Both the position numbers and the translations under genes were made by a program. From the NCBI RefSeq assembly GCF_006345805.1, contig NC_043015.1:40982001-41046000 (forward strand): a DNA stretch of 64,000 bases. Direction: 5' to 3'. Positions 51,801-60,400 of this stretch are shown one piece after another. This stretch comes from Octopus sinensis (Eukaryota). The notes beneath the pieces were generated by a model that was not told the origin of the DNA, did no database searches, and saw only the letters and a list, made by a program, of their open reading frames with translations. The first letter of the stretch is position 1. Each line of letters starts with the position of its first letter.

Positions 51801-54800
51801 AAGGCACCATTCGAGAGTGATCGTTACCAGCGTCACCTTACTGGCACTCGAGCCCCGTGCTAGTAGGGTGTTAAGAGTACCATTCAAGTGTGATCGTTAC
51901 CAGCATCGCCTTACTGACACCTGTGCCAGTGGCATGTGTAAAAGATTCTAGCGAGGTCATTGCCAGTACCACCTGACTGGCTCCGTGCTGGTGGCACTTT
52001 AAAAGCACCCACTACACTCTTGGAGTGGTTAGCGTTAGGAAGGGCATCCAGCTGTAGAAACTCTGCCAGATCAAGATTGGAGCCTGGTGCAGCCATCTGG
52101 TTCGCCAGTCCTCAGTCAAATCGTCCAACCCATGCTAGCTCGGAAAGCGGACGTTAAACGATGATGATGATGATGATGAAATTCCAGACCAAAACCTGGC
52201 CAAGGGTTTCGGGAAAAGGGCTTTTGCCAGTTGTCTTTACATGCAAGGCTGATATAGTTTAGTACCAATGTGGTCCCTGATATTGGCATCAGTGTGTAAA
52301 AGAGCCACAACAGACACTACAAGATTTTCCTGTCTAATTCTCTAATGATGCCATTAATTCATCTCCATTGAATGGTATTTTAGCTTAGCGAACCTGAAAG
52401 CTTAAAGAACAAAGTTGTGACCTCAGTAGGATTTGAACTCTGAATACAGAGTCAGAATGAATACCACAAGGCATTTTATTTGATGCTCTAACGACTATGC
52501 CAATTTGCCTATATATATATATGTGTGTGTGTGAGAGAGAGAGATTTTTAATTGCTGTTGTTTATTTTTCAGACTGCTAAAGGCATGATGGGATATCTTG
52601 TGGATAAGATGAATGCTAACGCTCACAAGGAAGATTGTTTTCAAGTAAGTAAGAATAAGTTTCACAACAAATATATATATATATCTTCATCACACACACA
52701 TACACACGGGAATTAGACTCTCTCAAATGCCCAGGAGGCTCTCTTGAGGCTGTGGATAGTATTTGTTACATAGATGACCAAATTAGCAATGGTGGAGGAT
52801 GCTCTGAAAGAATAGGCGCAGGAGTGGCTGTGTGGTAAATAGCTTGCTTATCAACCACATGGTTCTGGGTTCAGTGCCACTGTGTGGCACCTTTGGCAAC
52901 TGGCTTCCATGCCAGTAGCACGTAAAAGGGCACCATTCGAGCGTGATCGTTACCAGCGTCGCCTTACTGGCACCTGTGCTGGTGATATGTGTAAAAAGAT
53001 TCAAGCGAGGTCGTTGCCAGTGCCACCTGACTGGCCCCTGTGCCGGTGGCATGTAAAAAGCACCCACTACACTCTCGGAGTGGTTGGCGTTAGGAAGGGC
53101 ATCCAGCTGTAGAAACTCTGCCAAATCAAGACTGGAGCCTGGTGCAGCCATCTGGTTCGCCAGCCCTCAGTCAAAATCGTCCAACCCATGCTAGCATGGA
53201 AAGTGGACATTAAACGATGATGATGATGTTTCAGCAGAAGTGTGACTGAGGGTGAGGTAATTCAGGAAAATGTCTGGTCCAGTTACTTCCCCTAAAATGC
53301 TTGATGGCTTTGTGAGGACACAAGTTTTATAAAAGGAGAGGATGTTGTCAATTTAATTGAGGCCAGTATTTCACTGGTACCTTATTTTATCAACACTGTA
53401 AGGTATGAAAGGTGAAACTGACTCGGGAGGGATGTGAACTCGAAACATAAAGAGCTGTAACTAAACACAACAAGGCATGTTCTTTAATACTTCAATAGTT
53501 TTGCCAAACCAGTCTCGAATGCCAGTGCAGCCAAGGAGTTAAAAGGTTTGCTTTGGAATCACGAGGTCCAGTGTTCAATTTCACTGTGTAACATTTTGGT
53601 CGATTGTCTTTTACTTCTTCAGATTGACCCACGCCTTGGGTAGATGGAAACTGTAGAGAAGCCTATCAAATGGATGGTATTTGTAATTCATGTAGTACAG
53701 CCTAGTCATACTAATTCTACCTGAGCATTACATTGAGACTACATGTGTCTGTGGAGTACTCAGCCACTTCAATTACAATTTTATGTGTTGGTTGTACAAC
53801 TGCAATATTTATCTTTGGAACTGACAGGATCCATCAGTCATCATCATCATCATCATCATTGGATGCTCTTCCTGTCACCCACACTTAACTATTTCCAAAC
53901 AAGGGAAAATTTCTCTCAAGTCCTTCAAACAAGAACAACTCAACGGCCAGACATGTTTTGAGGGAACATTGCAAACACATGACAGTTTTTTTTGTATGAA
54001 ATGGTAACATTATTTCCAGTCTGTCCTTCAACTCCTAATGTCTTGGGACTCCAGAACTCACTCTCTTTTCTCTCTCTTTCCTTTTTCTGTAATCCTTTCT
54101 GACCTTAACTCTCTAACATTTAAACCAGCCATATCCAACCTAAACATCCTGTTTGTTTTAATTCTTTTATGTTCAAACCAACCAGATCCAGCCTCTCACA
54201 CTTACCCTACAATGTCATTGTAAAAATAAACAATCACATTATCAAAATCTCAAAACTTAGAGATAATACATAATTAATTCAAAACAATGAAAAATAATTA
54301 AAGAATTACATTTGGTAAAGGAATTTAAATGCTAAAAAGTCAGGCATTGTTTTCTCTCTTTCTCACCATTTCTCTCTCTGTCTGTCTCTAATTCTCCTTT
54401 CTGTGTTCTTCCTTTCCAGAATTGTCTGCTGCAATTACCAATTGGTCAGTTCTGTTGCCAAGTCCAGAGTTTCAACCAGGACAGCACCCACTCTACCATC
54501 CTGATGTATTACCAAGTTGATCCTGGCAGCATCTTTACCAGTTGTCTTAACGAGATGCTGGTGGTGAGTCCCAACACTTTTATAATAAAACACACAATCG
54601 ATTCAGGAGTCGCAGGAAGTCGCATATATGTATTCTTGCGCCACAACTTTCTCTCACTCTTTCTTCTATTGACCTGCTCGCTTAGTCAGCGGGGTGGTGT
54701 CATTTGAAGGCTAAAACAATGCGAAGCGCATTGTGACCAGCGATGTGTAGCAACATCTGATACCCTGGTCAGTCACAGTGGTATATATATATATATATAC

Positions 54801-57411
54801 GTACACAAAGGGCTTCTTTCAGTTTCTGTCTAAGAAATCCACCCACAATTCTTTGGTTGAGGCTATAGTAGAAGATACTTGCTCAAGGTGGCAAGCTGTA
54901 GGACTGAACTTAAACCCATGAGGTTGAGAGATACACAGCCACACCTGCACCTACGTCACACCTGCACCTACGTCACACCTGCACCTACGTCACACCTGCA
55001 CCTACGTCACACCTGCACCTACGTCACACCTGCACCTACGTCACACCTGCACCTACGTCACACCTGCACCTACGTCACACCTGCACCTACATCACACCTG
55101 CACCTGTCAAACAAAAACCCAATCATTCCATATGTCTCTTGTGAACTCAATCAAATACCAGACACCATTCCACTCATCACCCCCACGTCTTCCACTCCAA
55201 TCCCAACACCATCAATTGATCAATACCTGATTATTACCTCCACTTCCTCTCGCCTGTTGCCCCCATCAAACCAAAATGGAACATTCCACTAACCTCCTCT
55301 CCTTGTTTTCTCTCCGCAGACTCGCATGTATGAGCCCCTCTTTGATATTCTGCGGACCAAACACCAACTCGGTTACAGTGTTTCTGTTTCCGAAGAAGTT
55401 CGCAGAGGAATTCTTGGATTCTCTATTGTCATTGAATTTCAAGCACACAAGTACAGGTAAGGCATGCTTGCCCTCAATTCTAGTATCACCCCTTAATTAC
55501 TAATTATAACTGAATGCTTGATTAGATGCTGATCTTTTGTCCTGTTTTATTGCAGTCTTAAAGCATTTGTTGTGTGTGAATCATCATCTTCGTTTAACGT
55601 CCGTTTTCCATCCTAGCATGGGTTGGACGGTTTGACCAGGGCCTGGGAAGCCAGAAGGCTGCACCAGGCTCCAGTCTGATCTGGCAGTGTTTCTACAGTG
55701 TGAATGTGTGTAAATACACCCCTTCATCGTGTGTGTGTGTTAGCAACAGCACAGTCCACACGAAACTTCTCATGCTCAGCCTGCATCTTACTGGTTGTGA
55801 GGGAATCTCACCCTATTTCACGATCCCTTATTTCTAAAGGGCTGGGGTTCGGTGCACTTGTTAGAGCATCAGATCAAATGCTTTATAGTATTTCAGCTCT
55901 TTACATTCTGAGTTCAAATCTCACTGAGGCCAGCTTTTTATATTTCACCCTTTGCATCGAAGGGTGCAGAATGATTGATGAAATGAAATACCTGCTATAT
56001 ACTGGGGGTCAGTGGAATTGACCAACATCCTCCCTACATAATTTATGGCCTTCTGCCTCAGAATCAATTGTTTCACAAGGGTCCATGCTTCATACCTTCA
56101 ACCAGTTCGTCACCATCATAATTTTTATGTCATTTTCGTTTTCCATGCTGGCATGAGTTGGACGAGTTTTATTGACTTAATACAGTGGTCAAATGCTCTT
56201 CCTTTCAATAGCCTTATTTTTCAAGTGTAGCATATCTTATTCCGTTGGTTCTGATGCCACATAAAAAAGCACCCAGTACATTGTAAAGGGGTTAGTGTTA
56301 GGAAGGGCATCCAGCTATGGAGACTATGCCAAAGCAGGCATTGTAGCTTGGTGCAGTCCTCTAACTTGACACCTCCTTATCAACCGTCCTACCCATGCCA
56401 GCATGGAAAAACAGACGTTAAATGATGATGATGATGATGGTCTTCACCCATGAAAAACTCACGAAACTGTTAAACAAAACAATGTTTTGTTTGTGGGAAA
56501 TGTAAACAAATGTTTCCTCTCCTCAGATGGTGATGTAAAGATCATCATCATCATCTTTTAACGTCCATCTTCCATGCTGGTTTGACAGGATCTGCTAAGT
56601 CGGAGAACTGGACCCGGTCTGTTTTGGCATGCTTTCTACAGCTGAATGCCCTTCCTAATGCCAACTACTTTTTACGTGATACTAGTACCAGTGCTTTAAT
56701 ATAAAACACACATGGGCATCACTTAAAATCCCCTTTTTTTAATGTTGCTATAGGTTGGAGAGTTCGACAAGAGCTGGCAAGTCAGAGAAACTCCACCAGG
56801 CCCCAATTGTGCGTTTTGGCTTGGTGTCTATGGTTGGATGCCCTTCCTAATGCCAACCACTTTATAGAGTGTACTGGCTGCTTTCATACAACATGCACAA
56901 GATGGGCTTCTGTACAGCATATATCATCATTAAATGTCCCTTTTCTAATGCTTGTTTGGCTTGGATGGTTCAAGATAAAATGTTGGGCCATCTCATATAT
57001 GTGATGACCCTCTGTACTGTTTCTGCCAACCAAATTTCTCTGGCAAGGCATCGATCAGCTCAAGGTTATAGTAGTGGGACTTATCCATGGTGACATGCAG
57101 TAGAATTGAACCTGGAACCACACAATTGACAAACAAACTTCAAACCACACAGCCATGCCTGTCCCTAGTTTTAATATATTTCTACGGCATTGCAAGCATA
57201 AACTAAAAGCTTACATTTCATATTTTATAATTCCACAATGATATTTTGTGGGTGGTGGCCACTTACCTTCTTGTATGGAATTTTTCAGCCCTGAACTTGT
57301 CAATAATAAAGCCTATTCTTTCATAAAGGATTTTGTTGATATGATGGTTAATTTGACAACAGAAGAGTTCCAGTCATTGGTGAGTATTTCCAACTAGCTA
57401 CCCATGAGTGC

Positions 57412-57446
<35 letters not shown>

Positions 57447-60400
57447 CATACATGTACACATACAGACCTACCTATTTGTATTTATGTCTATGTTCTCTGT
57501 TTATTCTCTTGACTTTGCATTTACACAATCCTTTCCATTCTTTTAAAATATTCTTATCTAACTCTAGGCACAAGGCCCAAAATTTTTGGGGAGCGGGCCA
57601 GTCGATTAGATTCACTCCAGTACGCAATTGGTACTTAATTTATCGACCTCGGCAGAATTTGAACTCAGAACGTAAAGACAGACGAAATACTGCTAAGCAT
57701 CTCGCCCGGCATGCTAACATTTCTGCCAGCTTGCTGCCTTATTCTTTTAAAATATTACACAATACTGCACAATGTTACACACTATTGTTTCAATATTCTC
57801 TAATGTATTAAGGCAGCGAGTTGGCAGAATCGTTAGCATGCCGTGCGAAATGCTTAGCGGTATTACTCTCGTCTTTACATACATACAGCTATCAATTTAT
57901 CTTTGTGTGTGTACATACGTACGTACACATACAAAGATAAATTGATAGATACAACTGAGTGGGCGTCGAACATTATTTTACAATATCATTCAGTATTATT
58001 AAATGTTGTCCAATATTTCATACAATGAATTTTATATGATATTGTTCTAATACCTTACACTATTGTTACGTTTTACTTTCATGTTTTACTATAATGTGCC
58101 AATATTTTATAGTCTTTTACAACGATGCGGTAATCGTTCCAATAATTTATCTTTGTGTGTGTACGTACGTACACACACAACGATAGATATTAAATGTTGT
58201 CCAATATTTCATACAATGAGTGTTTTATGATATTGTTCTAATATCTTACACTATTGTTAGGTTTTAGTTTCATGTTTTACTATATTGTGCCAATATTTTG
58301 TAGTCTTGTACAACACAATGTGGTTGGTAATTGTTCCAATATTTTTCAGTGCTAAACAATATCAAACTGCACTGTTCAGTATTTTACAGAATTATTTCAA
58401 TATTCTTCAGTGTTGAAATCCAATACTTATTCGATCGTTTTACCATTCCAGAAAGAAAGTTTGATCACAGCCAAAAAATGTGAAGACACGAAACTAGCAG
58501 AGGAAGCGAGAAGACACTGGCACGAAATCTTCTACCAAATTTATGTGTTTAATCGTCTGGAGAAAGAGGTGGGTCCTTGCTTTTGATTTCACTGTTCTAG
58601 GGTAGCCACCTCACTCCTATAGCTACCCAGCCAAATGGTGAAGTATAATTCTAGTCGAGTATCTCTCTGAATACTCTGACATGTAGTCCTTTATTGTATG
58701 GAGTACACTGTTGTATGTACTCTCTCCACTATCTTTTTGTTGTTTAGTTGGAAATGTGTTCCACCCATGACCATCTCCTCTTTAACCCTTCTTACCATAT
58801 TCCTGTTGAGACACACAGCCTAAGAAATTAGTAAAATAACCCTGACATTATTTAACTGGGGTTTGGAAGATGAATTGAAAGGGAACTTTGATGGAAGGTT
58901 TTAATTTAGATCCCTTTAAAATGGGGAATTTGTATCCTGGAACCAGGGGTGATGTTAGGGCTGATGTGGAAGGGGTGTAGACAGAACTGGATGCTTCAGA
59001 CTAACGAAATTTCTCCTCTTTTGTTGCTCAGGTAAGTAGGGTTTATTTTTAGCAGATTCCTGACACCAAGTGGTCCAACCCGTAAATTCACTCATAAATT
59101 TACGGAACAGACCACATCTTGGTATCAACCGTGTAGATCTCGTGGCAGCCTCCCGGCGACTGCCGGCATCAGTCACGACTACATCCACGTGTACGTGGGC
59201 GAGACTGCAAGCTTTAGTTCGTTTTTACGATCGCAGGCACGGTAGCGCAGTGGAGCTCCTGGCGACTGGCGCAGGCCTGCCACTGGTGTCCGCAACGTGT
59301 AGACGAGTGGGGAACAGAAGGCAGCGTGAAGGCGGCGGCCACCGCAGGGGCTGCTGCCAGCGACTTTGGCAGATGTCTCCAGCAGCATGGCGGCCAAAGC
59401 CCAAGTAAGTAGGGTTTATTTTTAGCAGATTCCTGACACCAAACACTGATTCTCCTGTTAGTTCAATGTGGTTTCACCTTTTGATGGACATCGAGTTATC
59501 ATTGCTGAGCTGGGGAAGGAAGGGCAATTACCGATGCTTTTTTACAGGGCTTTTGAATTGGATGGGGAGGGCGCCCTGAAACCTGGAGACCTGTCCCAGA
59601 GTGGATTCCTCTAAAGGCAATGAAAGAACAGTCGGTGGCATTAAACTGGACAATGAATCGGCTCTCCCCACCCAGAACCTCAAGAAAATATTGTCAGATC
59701 CCACAATTCCTGTTTCTGCCCACATTGTATCGTTGGCAAAGTTTGTAGCCTTTCCAGAGTTCTTTCAATATTTCATCTCTCTCAAAGTGTGCTGTCTAGA
59801 AATGTTAAATTTCTATTTTGACACTTGGCAAAATATCATCACTTAAAGTCCGTTTTCCATGCTGGCATGGGTTGGACGGTTTGACAGGAGCTGCACCAAG
59901 CTCCAACTGTTCGTTTTGGCATGGTTTCCACAGCTGGATGCCCTTCCTAATACCAACCACACCATTAATCCCTATTCAAGAAATTCTAAAACCACCCTCA
60001 TATTTATATTTACTTCAGGTTGAAGCCTTACATCGTATCACCTACGACGACTTTATCAATTATGTCAAGAAGTGTTTACTCAACGAATGCAGAGTGGTCA
60101 GTCTGCAGGTAAGTTAATCTCTCATTCACCTCTTCTACTCCACCCAGCCGTTGCCATTGGTTACTGCAGCTCTCTACACCAAACTGCTGACCTGTTGCCA
60201 TTGGTTACTGCAGGCCATTACCAAACAAGCAACATCTTGTCGCATCTTTTCACTCCATCAGTAAATTCTCATTTCCATTATTTAACTTTATGAAGGTGTG
60301 TGACCCAGTGGTTTGGGTATTGCATTTATGATTGCAAGATCAGGGTTTCAATTCCTGAACTGGGCAGTACATTGTTTTCTTGAGCAAAACACTTCATTTC

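Noticed and set aside
54879-55292. 137-aa His/Thr/Pro repeat protein
   Set aside because: It is a translation of the 17-bp minisatellite and SINE remnant inside an intron.
59179-59397. 72-aa minus-strand ORF with a GCCGCCATG Kozak context inside the GC-rich insert
   Set aside because: Such a context is expected by chance at ~59% GC; there is no promoter or recognisable domain.
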